From positions 1 through 64,000 of the IMG/VR virus record IMGVR_UViG_3300032116_000104: a stretch of 64,000 nt of DNA, one strand, 5' to 3'. Numbering within the stretch: position 1 is the stretch's first letter; every line of letters begins with the position of its first letter. The position numbers and the translations under genes were made by a program. This DNA is from a virus. The notes under the pieces are model-generated. The model ran no database searches, had not been told where the DNA came from, and worked only from the letters and a program-made list of their open reading frames with translations. Positions 23,268 to 33,700 of this stretch are shown here, piece after piece.

Positions 23268-26200
23268 TAGACAACGCTTTCTTTGCGATTTGGGTCAGGT
23301 ATTTGACGTGATGAAATCCATCTATCACCTACAGCGAGACGAAGTATTGCATTTTCACTCATTGTTGCCAGTTCATTAACATACAGGCGCATTTTAACAT
23401 CCCGAACCCTTAATCTTTCTGTTTCCGCCTGAACGCCAGCATTGGCCATATGATTTGTTACGCCAAGTTCATCAGCGATACCGCTAATTCTTTTTTCAGC
23501 CGTGGCAACATTCCACCCAAGTCCTGAACTGTCTCCCGATAGTTTTACTTCCCTGGGCATGCCCATTTCTTCTAGTAAATTGGCAACAATTTCTCCCCTT
23601 TTTGATTCCCTAGTTAGGCCAGCCATGGCAAAGGAGCCTTTTGGTATGACCAATCCAGAACCTGGAGCGGCAGATGCGTATGTATCAACTCCATAAAGAT
23701 TATCCAAAGCATCTGGATTATGTTTTATAAATTCCCTTAGTGGTATAACTATGGCACGACTTGACTCTGGAGTTTCCCTCGCTGAATGGCCAGAAACAAT
23801 ATGGTTCAGGGCAAAGTGAACGGTGCCCCTATTGAGCGGAATATAGTAATATCCAGTACTTTCTGTGCCCATAGGCATTGTCGCCCCATAATCTCCAGAT
23901 GGGCGCAAAATCAAATTTCCGTCCTCGTCAACTTCTGGTTCATAGGGAGTTTCATGAACCAGGAATAAGTCGTCCACCGAAAGTCCAGAGAAGTCGCTAT
24001 CTCGTGATGGGCGCAAAAGTCTTTCTTTCGTTTCGTCACTTATGTCCATCGCTTCAACTTGTTCAATCCATTTCTGTCTTTCTTCTTTTTCTTTCCTTAT
24101 TCCTTCTTCTCTTTGAATTTGCAATTTTTTCCTTGATTCTTCAACCATCTGGCGGCCAATGCGTGCCATTTCCTTTAATGTTTTTTCGGCTTCTGTATCA
24201 CCTCTTGATGACGCATAAAGAAGCGCTGCGACAAATGCTGATTCATCAAGACTCCCTTCACTGTTTGCATATGTAACTGCATATATAAAGTCAGATGCAG
24301 CCTGTTTTCCTTCTTCAGATGATTCTGGAAATCCAGATATAACATAAGGATTCAGGGGCATATCTTTTATTTCTGGGTTGTTCGCAACAACTTCTGGTCG
24401 GGCACCAAACATGACTTTTTCACCAGCAAAATCCCAAACTTCTATTTCCCAAACCGTTCTAAAGCCCTCCAGACCCTCGTCCGAAAGTATTGTAGTTTTT
24501 TCTCCCTTGAACTCTCCTGGCTGAAGTCGCTTGGGTGTACCAGACCTTAATCCCCTGCCAGTTGAACTGCGTAATCCCCTGCCGCTAAACGGGTCGCTTG
24601 GGTCAAATACCGTAGGCTCCTCATCCATCCCCATTCTTTCCCGAATTCTTCTCATCGTCCTTCTGCCTGCATCTGCAGCCCTAGATACACCGTCGTTGGT
24701 ATCTGGTGGAGGAAATGGATTACCGAACGGGTCGCTGGGGTTTTGTGTTGACTCTTCTCTAGTGAGCCTGCCTCTCGCCCTTGATGCGGCAGAAGAAACT
24801 CCTTGTCTTGCCGAGCGCGCCCTCTCCCTGTTTTTTTCTGTATCAATTCTTGCCCTTGCAAATCGCCCAGCATTGACGGCAGCATCCTTGAGTGGGTCGG
24901 GAAGTCCTTCTGGGGCAATTCTGTCAAGGCGCGAAGTTATTGCATTGGCTTGTCTTTGACTAAGTTTTCCGTCTTCAACAAGTTTGCCGACAACATAATC
25001 TGCGACATCCCTACCGCCCCTCCGCGCAAGTTCAAGACCTAGTTTCGTAATAGCAGCCTTGGGTCCAAATTTCATCGCTAAAGCAGTATCAAGAATCATT
25101 CCCGCTACTTCTTTTTCACCCTCGTCAAGGCCCATCCTCTCGGCAATAGCGTCAAGCGCCCTACCCTTGAGTCGCTCCCCAAGTCCACCTTTTCTCTTCT
25201 TTCTTTCTCTTCTCGGGCGAGATGTGTCAACTTCTGGAGTGGTCACTTCTGGAAGAGCAAACGGGTCGGCAAATGGGTCGCTTGAGTCATAGGTGCCAGG
25301 GGTTGTAGCAGGTGTTGTGGCAATTGTTCTTATAGGAGTTGCAAACGGGTCGGCAAATGGGTCTGCAAATGGGTCACTGCTAGACCTGAGGCCGCGAGAT
25401 TCACCCCTCATTAGCCCAGTATGTGTAATTTCTGTTCCTGGAGTCATTGAGGCAATATCGCCAATATCTCCGAGGTCATCTGCATCAATCTCAACAACGG
25501 CGTCAAATAGGAGTGGATTCTCCTCCATTGCAGAAAGCATTGGGGCCATATAGTTCTTGACTTGCTCGTCAAGCAGGGATGAATCAGATGACTTCGGTGT
25601 TCCTCTGGAGCCCATCAGTCTTGTGTCGTTGAGCAGTCTTCTTATTTCAGCGCTCTCTCTCAAAGAAGAAGAAACACTTCTCAGCCCAAGGTCGCTTGAC
25701 ATGTATGGGGCGTTTCCAGATAGTGCGTCTTCAACAGAGCGAGCCTGCTCCCTTGACATATTGCGCTGTGTAGTTACTGCTTGTATTCTAGAACTGCTTC
25801 TGGAGCCCATACGCATGGGGACTTCATCCATTTCCTCCCTATCAAAATTTGATAGGTCAAATCCGTATTCGGGTATCACCTCAATGCCATGCTCTTTTAC
25901 AGCCTGCAAGTCAGCAAGGTCATCTATTGATGACATAAAGCGCTTGAGGGCCAGAGCCTGATTGCGCTTTCTTCTCTGGAAGGTTCCCTCATCTGGCCTT
26001 TTTTCATTGCCAGATGCACGCATGGCTTCATCTGCGGCATTCTTAACAGCGGCCTTTAGTTGCATTAACTGGTCTTCATCAAGTTCCCTAAGGTCGGTCG
26101 TCCCAAAGTTCTCTTGTGAATACTCGCGGACAAAACTTAAATTCGTGGTTGGACCATATCTCCCATCATCCCCGCCATTAACACGGGCATTGATGTCATC

Positions 26201-29104
26201 AATCTCTTGTTGTATTTGTGATTTTGTAATGTTGTCCCTGGATGACGGGTCTTTTGTACTGCGCGCCTTCTTCAGGCGTTCCCAAATTCTGCTTCTTCTT
26301 TCTTTCCTTACCGTATTATTGAACTTCTTGCCGTCTGGACGCTTTGATGGCTCGGGCCCAGCAGGAGCATCAGCGGGCCGCCTCTCTGGCTGTGGCGATA
26401 CTGGGCGAGGAGCGCTAGGCACAACATCCAGTTCGTCCACTATGTCTGGGTCATTGACAACAGATTCTGGGGTGTCTGGTCTTGACGCTGGCTCAACACC
26501 AGGCGACTCTCTGCGCCGTCTCTCACGACGCAGTTGAATCATCTTCCTCATATCTGAGGCAATGTCACGGAAACTCTTCTCAAGCGTGTCGTCGCCAAAG
26601 TCTCTGTACCCATCGGCGCGGGCGTCTAGAGCCCTCGCAAGAATCTCTAATTCGCGGTCGTTGAGTTGCCCGAGGTTGTCTTTTCCGAACGATTGCTTGA
26701 TGTAGAAGTCAATAAAGTCTTTGCGCTGCTGATGCACCTTTGAGCGGCTTCTGGCTCTCTTCATAATCTTTGAATAGAGTTCCTGCATCTCTTCTGGGGT
26801 CATTGACTCAAGACCGTCAATCTCCCCCATGCTGAATCCGCCTGGAGCCCAATTATCTCTGCCCCCAGATAGCGCGGCAGGTACTTGTGGTGTCGGTACT
26901 CCTAGTTCTTCGGCAAGGTCTGGAGCGACGCTCGCTGGAGGTGCTGCTGGAGATACGGGGGGTTCATAACTCTGGGCAACCCTAGGCTTCGGACGCTCCA
27001 TGAACTCAATGGCATCATCAACCTGCTCGCCAGAAATCACGCCCCTTTTCTTCAGTGCAAATAGTTCTGCAGTTGTTTCAAGGTAGGCGACAGAACGAGC
27101 ATCTTGAATTGTAGAGGCAGATTCACCGCCTTGAATTGCTGCCGCAATTTCCATTTGCTCCCTGTAAGACCTTTTTCCAGCAAGCAGGTCAACTTTTTGA
27201 GCAATAAGTTGCTCTATATCGCTTCCAGCGTATTTTGATGTATCAACACCGCCAGTAAGTGCATCCATAACCATCTCGCTAATTTCGGCGTTTGTCATGT
27301 CATTAGTTATGACTCCAGCGCCTCTTAGGAAGTCCTCAACCTGCTCCATTTGCAAAACGTGACCGAATTCGTGGTACACAAAGTGAGTACCCCTCTCGGT
27401 AAATCCACCTTCTGCTGCTGCCAAGTCAATTGCGAACTTTGAGGAATAGTCTTGGAGAAGTTTTAGTTCGGCTGCAGCACGAGCAACCGCCATGGCGTTT
27501 TCCGCATCAGTGCCCTCTGTTCCTTCCTTTACCTGAAGGAGAAATGTCTCATCTGCCTGAAGTTTTTGAAGAGATGTTTCATCTACTTTAAGAATCTCAA
27601 GAGGATTGTACTCTATTGCATATAGCGTATTTCCTTGACCATCTGTTGTTCTTATTGCTTGCCCTTGGTCTCCAGCCTGGAAAAATGCAGTCCTGAGAAC
27701 CATTTTTTGTGTAACTTCTGGATAGTCGTATGACACTTCGGCAAACGCTTCAAGTTGTCCATTGAGTTGGTCAAACATTCTCGTCGTTTGACGACCAACT
27801 AGGTCTTTGTCTGGATAATCCTGACCAGCGAGATGGCTTCGGGCATGCCTGAGCGCATCGGCATCGTTATAACCAAGATTGCGTAACGCTGTATGTACGA
27901 AGACTGCTTCGTGTGCTCTCAGTTTCTCTTCAATAGAAGAATTTGCGGACAGGTTAATTCCGAGTTCTTGAAGGATTCTCTGTAGTTCTTGATGTTCAAT
28001 TCCAAAACTTTTATTTTTGTCAACTTTAATTGACTCCGAAAACGGACTAAGAAGAAAATCGTCAATCCTAAAATCTGGATTCATTCTTCCAGAATCAATC
28101 ATTGCTTGAAACAGGCTTGTTAGTGCCGCTGTTCTATCGCCACTCATATCCACGCCAAGACTGTCGGCAAGAAGTTGAACTGTTTTCATTCTGCGCTCAA
28201 TGGCGAGTTTCATACCCTCCTCACGCTGAGCAAGTGCAAGCACTTGTTCTGTGACTTGCGATGTTCTTTGGGCTGGCGGCACCCTGCCCATGACCTGGCG
28301 AGCCCTGTCAATAAAACTGGTTCTTGACCTGAGTCCTCTTGCTTCCGAAACAACCTCAGCGACATTGACGGCAGCAATGCCTACGCTGGAGAGCGTGGGT
28401 CTTCCAGAAAATGCTTGAGATATTTCAGAAATGATGTTGCCTATGTCAGCAACGGAAAGGGTGAAGCAGTTTGAGCCCTGGGCGTCCGTGAACTGGTTGG
28501 CCGCTGGAACTCCAGGAGGGCAACGCAATCTGCCTAACGCATCAACAACCATTCCAGCCCGCACGGCGGCACGGTTCACGAGTTTTCCAGCAGGATTGCG
28601 CTCGCCTATGCTCCGCCCAAGAGCCTTGACCTCTATTGGAGTCTTGTTTATTTGACCAGTCTTAGGGTTGATTTTGTGCTTTGTGATTTCAACTTGCGGA
28701 CCATTGACCAGTGAATCTCTGGCTTCCATGAAACTGGTTTTCTTAGGGCTGACCCATCCGTAATTCGGCTCGGTATCAAGACCCTGGGAGGCCATGAATG
28801 CCTCCCTATCGGTAACCCAATGCTTGAAGAACTGCCCTGGCTTCCGCTTGGCACTCGGGTCCCAAATTATGCCAGTGCGTTCCTTGTTGGCATTTTCGCC
28901 CTGTGTTCTTTTCTTGCCGTCGGTATTGCCTTTTTTGGGCATGGCGGCAGCAGATACATTGGCGTTTAGGCTCGCCTGCTTAGAGAGTATTCCGCTGATG
29001 GCCTTGAAGGCGACCGCTCTTTCGTTGAAGTCAGGGCGTGTGCTTTCTGCCTCAAACACTCTGGGCGCATAATAGCGATATTTGTTAAAACGCGCCCCCG
29101 TCAT
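23267..29104 (-). CDS. 1945-aa polyvalent-type protein with zincin metallopeptidase, five GLRS sites and DPF repeats
   Basis: KALG, RCPPG..NQFTD..C, HEFGH (27359-27373) with downstream ETTAELF; C-terminal LVHET...RGTVHFALNH domain. Confidence 0.85.
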   Translation of the reverse strand: MTGARFNKYRYYAPRVFEAESTRPDFNERAVAFKAISGILSKQASLNANVSAAAMPKKGNTDGKKRTQGENANKERTGIIWDPSAKRKPGQFFKHWVTDREAFMASQGLDTEPNYGWVSPKKTSFMEARDSLVNGPQVEITKHKINPKTGQINKTPIEVKALGRSIGERNPAGKLVNRAAVRAGMVVDALGRLRCPPGVPAANQFTDAQGSNCFTLSVADIGNIISEISQAFSGRPTLSSVGIAAVNVAEVVSEARGLRSRTSFIDRARQVMGRVPPAQRTSQVTEQVLALAQREEGMKLAIERRMKTVQLLADSLGVDMSGDRTAALTSLFQAMIDSGRMNPDFRIDDFLLSPFSESIKVDKNKSFGIEHQELQRILQELGINLSANSSIEEKLRAHEAVFVHTALRNLGYNDADALRHARSHLAGQDYPDKDLVGRQTTRMFDQLNGQLEAFAEVSYDYPEVTQKMVLRTAFFQAGDQGQAIRTTDGQGNTLYAIEYNPLEILKVDETSLQKLQADETFLLQVKEGTEGTDAENAMAVARAAAELKLLQDYSSKFAIDLAAAEGGFTERGTHFVYHEFGHVLQMEQVEDFLRGAGVITNDMTNAEISEMVMDALTGGVDTSKYAGSDIEQLIAQKVDLLAGKRSYREQMEIAAAIQGGESASTIQDARSVAYLETTAELFALKKRGVISGEQVDDAIEFMERPKPRVAQSYEPPVSPAAPPASVAPDLAEELGVPTPQVPAALSGGRDNWAPGGFSMGEIDGLESMTPEEMQELYSKIMKRARSRSKVHQQRKDFIDFYIKQSFGKDNLGQLNDRELEILARALDARADGYRDFGDDTLEKSFRDIASDMRKMIQLRRERRRRESPGVEPASRPDTPESVVNDPDIVDELDVVPSAPRPVSPQPERRPADAPAGPEPSKRPDGKKFNNTVRKERRSRIWERLKKARSTKDPSSRDNITKSQIQQEIDDINARVNGGDDGRYGPTTNLSFVREYSQENFGTTDLRELDEDQLMQLKAAVKNAADEAMRASGNEKRPDEGTFQRRKRNQALALKRFMSSIDDLADLQAVKEHGIEVIPEYGFDLSNFDREEMDEVPMRMGSRSSSRIQAVTTQRNMSREQARSVEDALSGNAPYMSSDLGLRSVSSSLRESAEIRRLLNDTRLMGSRGTPKSSDSSLLDEQVKNYMAPMLSAMEENPLLFDAVVEIDADDLGDIGDIASMTPGTEITHTGLMRGESRGLRSSSDPFADPFADPFATPIRTIATTPATTPGTYDSSDPFADPFALPEVTTPEVDTSRPRRERKKRKGGLGERLKGRALDAIAERMGLDEGEKEVAGMILDTALAMKFGPKAAITKLGLELARRGGRDVADYVVGKLVEDGKLSQRQANAITSRLDRIAPEGLPDPLKDAAVNAGRFARARIDTEKNRERARSARQGVSSAASRARGRLTREESTQNPSDPFGNPFPPPDTNDGVSRAADAGRRTMRRIRERMGMDEEPTVFDPSDPFSGRGLRSSTGRGLRSGTPKRLQPGEFKGEKTTILSDEGLEGFRTVWEIEVWDFAGEKVMFGARPEVVANNPEIKDMPLNPYVISGFPESSEEGKQAASDFIYAVTYANSEGSLDESAFVAALLYASSRGDTEAEKTLKEMARIGRQMVEESRKKLQIQREEGIRKEKEERQKWIEQVEAMDISDETKERLLRPSRDSDFSGLSVDDLFLVHETPYEPEVDEDGNLILRPSGDYGATMPMGTESTGYYYIPLNRGTVHFALNHIVSGHSARETPESSRAIVIPLREFIKHNPDALDNLYGVDTYASAAPGSGLVIPKGSFAMAGLTRESKRGEIVANLLEEMGMPREVKLSGDSSGLGWNVATAEKRISGIADELGVTNHMANAGVQAETERLRVRDVKMRLYVNELATMSENAILRLAVGDRWISSRQIPDPNRKESVV
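25340..25375 (-). repeat. Tandem 12-bp repeat encoding (DPFA)3; further DPF copies near 25260-25285, 24715-24733 and 24588-24606
   Basis: Units of GCAAA(C/T)GGGTC plus one base on the + strand. Confidence 0.8.
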
Positions 29105-29121
29105 AGGGATTCACTTTCTTT

Positions 29122-30630
29122 TCAGGAAAGGTCTGACCCGTTGCCCTCAATTTCCGAGTTGAGAAGTTCAAACTCAACAAGGGATGAGATGAACGAATCT
29201 GAACCATCGCCAGACTTCTCTTCCATCATCTTGGCTCCGCCAGTCAGCCAGTTCACTGGAATCATGCTCTCCTTGCCAAGTTCCTTGGCACGCTTCATGA
29301 TGTGACGCTTTGCGGCCTCTTTGTCCTTGGCGCGACCATAGGCCTGAATGGCGTTCTGGAGGTCAGACTCATTGGCAATCGGGAACGAACCATCAGGAAG
29401 GGCATTGCCCTCCTTGGCCATGGCGGTGCGCTGGTCCTCAGTAAAGGCGCGCTTGAGTGCAATCTCGGCAGCCTCGGCCTCAATCGCCTCGGCCTCCTCT
29501 GGCTCGTACTTGTCGTAACCGAGCACCTCACCATCAAGGGCAACAAAGACATCGTATGACTTGCCGTCAATGCCGTTAATCTCAACGGCATAGGCGTCAA
29601 AGCCCTCAAAGATGTCTGGCTCAACAGAAATAGCCTCGCCCTCAATGGACTTGACGGCAATCTCTACTGCCTCAGACATATCAATAACTAACATTGAATC
29701 AAGCGCTGACTTCTGCTCAAAAGAGTTCTCGTCAAGTTTCTTCCAGCCAAGCACCTCGGAGGTGGTGCCATCAATGAACATTTCTACAGCCCGACCATCT
29801 TTTGCCTCAACATCAACGACGAACATGTCGGCGTCAGATGAGTACCCAGAGTCAAGTACCTTGCCATCAAACATGGTTTCGGCAATACCCTCGGCGTGCA
29901 AAAGACCTGGCATTCCAGCCTCAGGCACGCATCCGCCTGGGCAGTCAGCGCAAACAGCGGCACCACCTGGGTACACCTTGCGCTCAATGGAGCAAAGATA
30001 AGCGTTTCTTCCGACCTCGGCGGCCTTGACACCAAGGGACTGGAGGCGGCGCTTGCGCATCTTCTCCATATCGCCTGGGATACCCATGCCGTAGCCCTTC
30101 ATGGACTCCTCGTCGTCTTCTTCCTCGTCGTCCTCCTCCTCCATGTCCATGTCCTCGTCGTCCATGTCCATTTCGGGCTTGGCCATTGCGCCCTTCATCT
30201 TCTTTTTGCGCTTGGGCATCATGTAATCGCCATCCATGCCCCAGCCCTTCTCGTCGGACTCATCCTCCATGTCCTCGTCCTCCATCTCCTCCTCGTCGGG
30301 AGCCATCATGGAGGCTTTCATCTTCTTCTTCTTGCGCTTGGGCATCATGTAGTCCTCGCCCATGCCCCAGCCCTTTTCATCGGACTCGTCTTCCATATCC
30401 TCTTCGTCGTCTTCCATGTCCATCTCGGCCATGGAAGCGGCCTTCTCGTAGAGGTCATCAAAGTCCTCATTAATTGGAACCATCTTCATCTGAACGGGCA
30501 CGGCGCCACACTTGGCGCACACCTTCGCACCAGGGACGAAACCGCACTCAGCAGCATCGGCACCCTTGGCGCACTTAAGAACATTGCCATCGGCATCAAT
30601 GCTGACTTCGGCCTTCTCGTCATATCCCAT
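29122..30630 (-). CDS. Capsid-maturation-associated protein: Cys-rich domains, acidic Met-rich repeats, PepSY-like domains, C-terminal DUF6582-like domain
   Basis: C..G...CG......C..CG; EAVEIAVK...G....VE......Y.VEI...DG..Y.V.V..DG.VLG (PepSY-like); ALPDGSFPI...DL.NAI.AYGRA. Confidence 0.8.
   Translation of the reverse strand: MGYDEKAEVSIDADGNVLKCAKGADAAECGFVPGAKVCAKCGAVPVQMKMVPINEDFDDLYEKAASMAEMDMEDDEEDMEDESDEKGWGMGEDYMMPKRKKKKMKASMMAPDEEEMEDEDMEDESDEKGWGMDGDYMMPKRKKKMKGAMAKPEMDMDDEDMDMEEEDDEEEDDEESMKGYGMGIPGDMEKMRKRRLQSLGVKAAEVGRNAYLCSIERKVYPGGAAVCADCPGGCVPEAGMPGLLHAEGIAETMFDGKVLDSGYSSDADMFVVDVEAKDGRAVEMFIDGTTSEVLGWKKLDENSFEQKSALDSMLVIDMSEAVEIAVKSIEGEAISVEPDIFEGFDAYAVEINGIDGKSYDVFVALDGEVLGYDKYEPEEAEAIEAEAAEIALKRAFTEDQRTAMAKEGNALPDGSFPIANESDLQNAIQAYGRAKDKEAAKRHIMKRAKELGKESMIPVNWLTGGAKMMEEKSGDGSDSFISSLVEFELLNSEIEGNGSDLS
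30203..30405 (-). repeat. 126-bp-period imperfect duplication encoding EDMEDESDEKGWGMxxDYMMPKRKKK twice
   Basis: GCGCTTGGGCATCATGT at 30208 and 30334. Confidence 0.8.
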
Positions 30631-30725
30631 TGGTCGGCTCCTTAATGTAAACCGTCGTAGAGTTTATCTGTACTGTGTAAAAGTATACCCTACACACACG
30701 TCGTGTAGGAAGGTATTACTGCGTA

Positions 30726-33700
30726 TTAGAGGTCTTGAATCTCAACTTCTCTTCCGCGCTGATTGCGTCGGTTGACCGTTCTGGAACTCAACTCCTCAAC
30801 CGTTCTGTCAATGAATGTAGCCATGGCTGCTTTAGCGAGCATGTCAAGCATGGTTGCAAACTTCTGCTGACGCTCGTTGCCTCCGATGGCACCTTGACGG
30901 TCAATGACCACCATCATGGCGTCAAGGATTTCATCAACTTCATCTCTGGTCATCAGGATGCGCCCAGCGTTGGTTCTTCTGCTGCCCAACTTGGCTGCCT
31001 CTTGACGACTGATGAGGTCTTGAAGCGCCTTGAGGGCGTCTGATGTTCTCTTGTCCTGAGCCTTGTCTGCCTCACGGATTTCCTTCGGCAGTGAGTCAAG
31101 AATATCTTTGAAGAAAGTGGCTTCTGCCTTGATTTCCGTGCGGCCCTGCTTGGAGTCGGTTGACGACCTCAGGCCTCTCGTGTTCCGCGAGCGGGCGGCC
31201 ACATAATCCCTAACTTCCTGGGACACCACCCTGTTGGCATTGACTGGGACACTTGAGCGGAGACCCTCACCCATGCGTCGGGTAATGACTTCTCCTGCTG
31301 CTGGCTCCGCGTCTGGAGTTGGGACATTGTCGTCAATGTCCAGTGGGCGGCCCTCAACTCTCCTGACAACACCGCCAGTATCGTCAAACGCATCGTCTGA
31401 AATGTCGGCAATGTCGGCAGCAGCGCGACCCCTTCTCGGTGCAACCTCTATCTCTGGTCCATCCTTAATGAACTTGTCATTCTTGTAATAAGTGTCCAGT
31501 CCGTTAAGGGTTCTCAAGAGTGTTTCTGCTCGCTGAATAATCTTCTCTGCTGGACCATCGGTATCGTCGGCTTCCTCGGCGTCAGCGAGGTAGTTCTTAA
31601 CTCTCTGGATGGCAGCCTTGATTTGGTTCCTGCTCAGGTCTTCGCTGTCCATAATGTCAGCGATTTCATCCCAGGCCTCAGCATGGAGTTCATCAATTCT
31701 GCCCCTGTCTGAAAGTCTTGAAGCGTCGTTGACGGTCTTGTCAAGGAAGTTGTTGATTCTTCTTGAGTCGTCTCTACGCTCCGTGGTTGCGTCTTCGTCA
31801 TTTGCAGGACGAGGCTTGACGGCAACTTCTTTTGGCCCCTGTTGTGGCTGGCGTTGTGTCGGCTGCACTGGGCCCCTCTCGGCACGACGAGCCCCACGCT
31901 CTGCCCTTCTTTCGTCAGAAGCCTCTCTATCAAGCACTTCCTTCATAACGCGCTCATAGTCAACTTTGCGCATTCCACTTCTCTCTGGAGAGTGGTCTGC
32001 CATCCAGTTGAACTGTTGTTCTGCCGTCATGCCATCCCAGTTATCTGGCTTCATGCTCTGGAATGTCTTGCCCTTGCTGTCTTCCTTGGCCCTAGAGCCC
32101 ATCGGGCGTCCTTTGCTGCCACTGCGACCAGTATCACCGAGTCCTGTTACGCGGATTCCACCTCCGCCAGTATCGTCATCGCTGGTTGATGAACGCATGC
32201 CACGACCACTTGACTTCTTGGGATTGGCATCGCCAGTAATATTGCTGTACAGGGTATCAAGGGCCTTCCAGTCCTTCGCAAGAAGCGTTCCGTCCCCACG
32301 CCTGTTGTACTCCTCTCGGATTCTCATTGAGACGCCGAGGCTTCCACCCCTTGCGCTGTTCATGAAGAACACGAGTTTCTTCTGGCGGGCCTCATCAATG
32401 TCCGCAGGAGCGCCATTGTTATTATTTGAACGAAGGCCTAGGTTGCCGCGCTTGCCAGCCTGCTGGTCTTCCCAGTTGAGGCTCACATACTTTCCGCCCT
32501 CTGATTCGGCGGCCTGGTCAATTACGCCCTGAATGTCGGAGGTAACAACTGTTCTGCCGTCTCGGCGTGGCTCTTTTGCCGACTCAATGGCGTCTTCAAT
32601 CTGCTCAACCTCGTCTGGGGTGAGGTCAACTTTGCCATTCCTTGCGTTTTTAAGTTTCTCGTCAAGAGCATCAAGCGCTGCACCATTGGCAGAAAAACGC
32701 TTGAGCATTGGAATCTCGTCGCGAAGTTGTGCAATCTCATCGTCGCTGAGCGTCATTGATAGATTGTTTGCAACTCTTCTTGTTGAAGAACGCATTCCCT
32801 CATCTGAATCGGTCCGTGACTGTTGTGCCGCCTCGCGACGACGCATTGCACGCAGTTCCGCCTTGCGAACATCTTCACGACGCATTCCGAGAGACTCGGC
32901 CACTTCCTGGAGTGATTCACCTGCCTCGCGGCGTCTCAGAATTCGGTTTTCCGTTTTTTCTCTTTTTGCCCTTTCAAGACCTTCCTTGACGGTGGGTCTT
33001 GGTTTCCTGGCGGCGCGCGCAGTTGTGACCGCCCTGTCTTTCCCAGTCCAGTCCTTGAAAATCCTTGCCCTGGTCGCAAAATCACCTATTCCTTTATCGT
33101 CCCATGCATCAAAAACTCTTTCAGTTATTCCATCACCCCATGGGCCCATCATTTCCCTAACAGACGGGTTCTGCACTGGGAAGTCATCATCTATGCCCAG
33201 AGCGCTGGCAATTTGCTCGGCAACGATTTCCCCAAAACCGTTCAATACATCAACGAATGCCGATTCTTCTCCTTCGTCCCCAAATAGTCCATCAGACATG
33301 AGCCTGACCGCATCCTCTGCGAGAGAATCCATGCGAGAACGCATATTTTCTCTGGTAAATGGGGTGTTGGCAGCCGCATCAAAGAGTTCTTCAGTCCTGC
33401 TCCGAGACGACTCATCCAGGTCACGAATCATTGACCTTCCTGACTCCCTTTTACGCACATCAGACACTCTGTCTTTTCTGTCACGAGTTGACGACATCAG
33501 ACCTCTAATGCGTGCCTTTTGCTTATCGTTTGGATTTGGACGAATGGGCAATTTTTCAATATTGCGCTCCATGCGGTCACGCCAGTCATCCAGAAGTTCA
33601 ATTATCTCATCTTTGCTGAAAGAGTCCCAGTTTCGCAGCCACTCTCCCGTTGGGTCATCTGGGTCAGGGAGATACTCATTATCTGGGATGTTCGCTGCCT

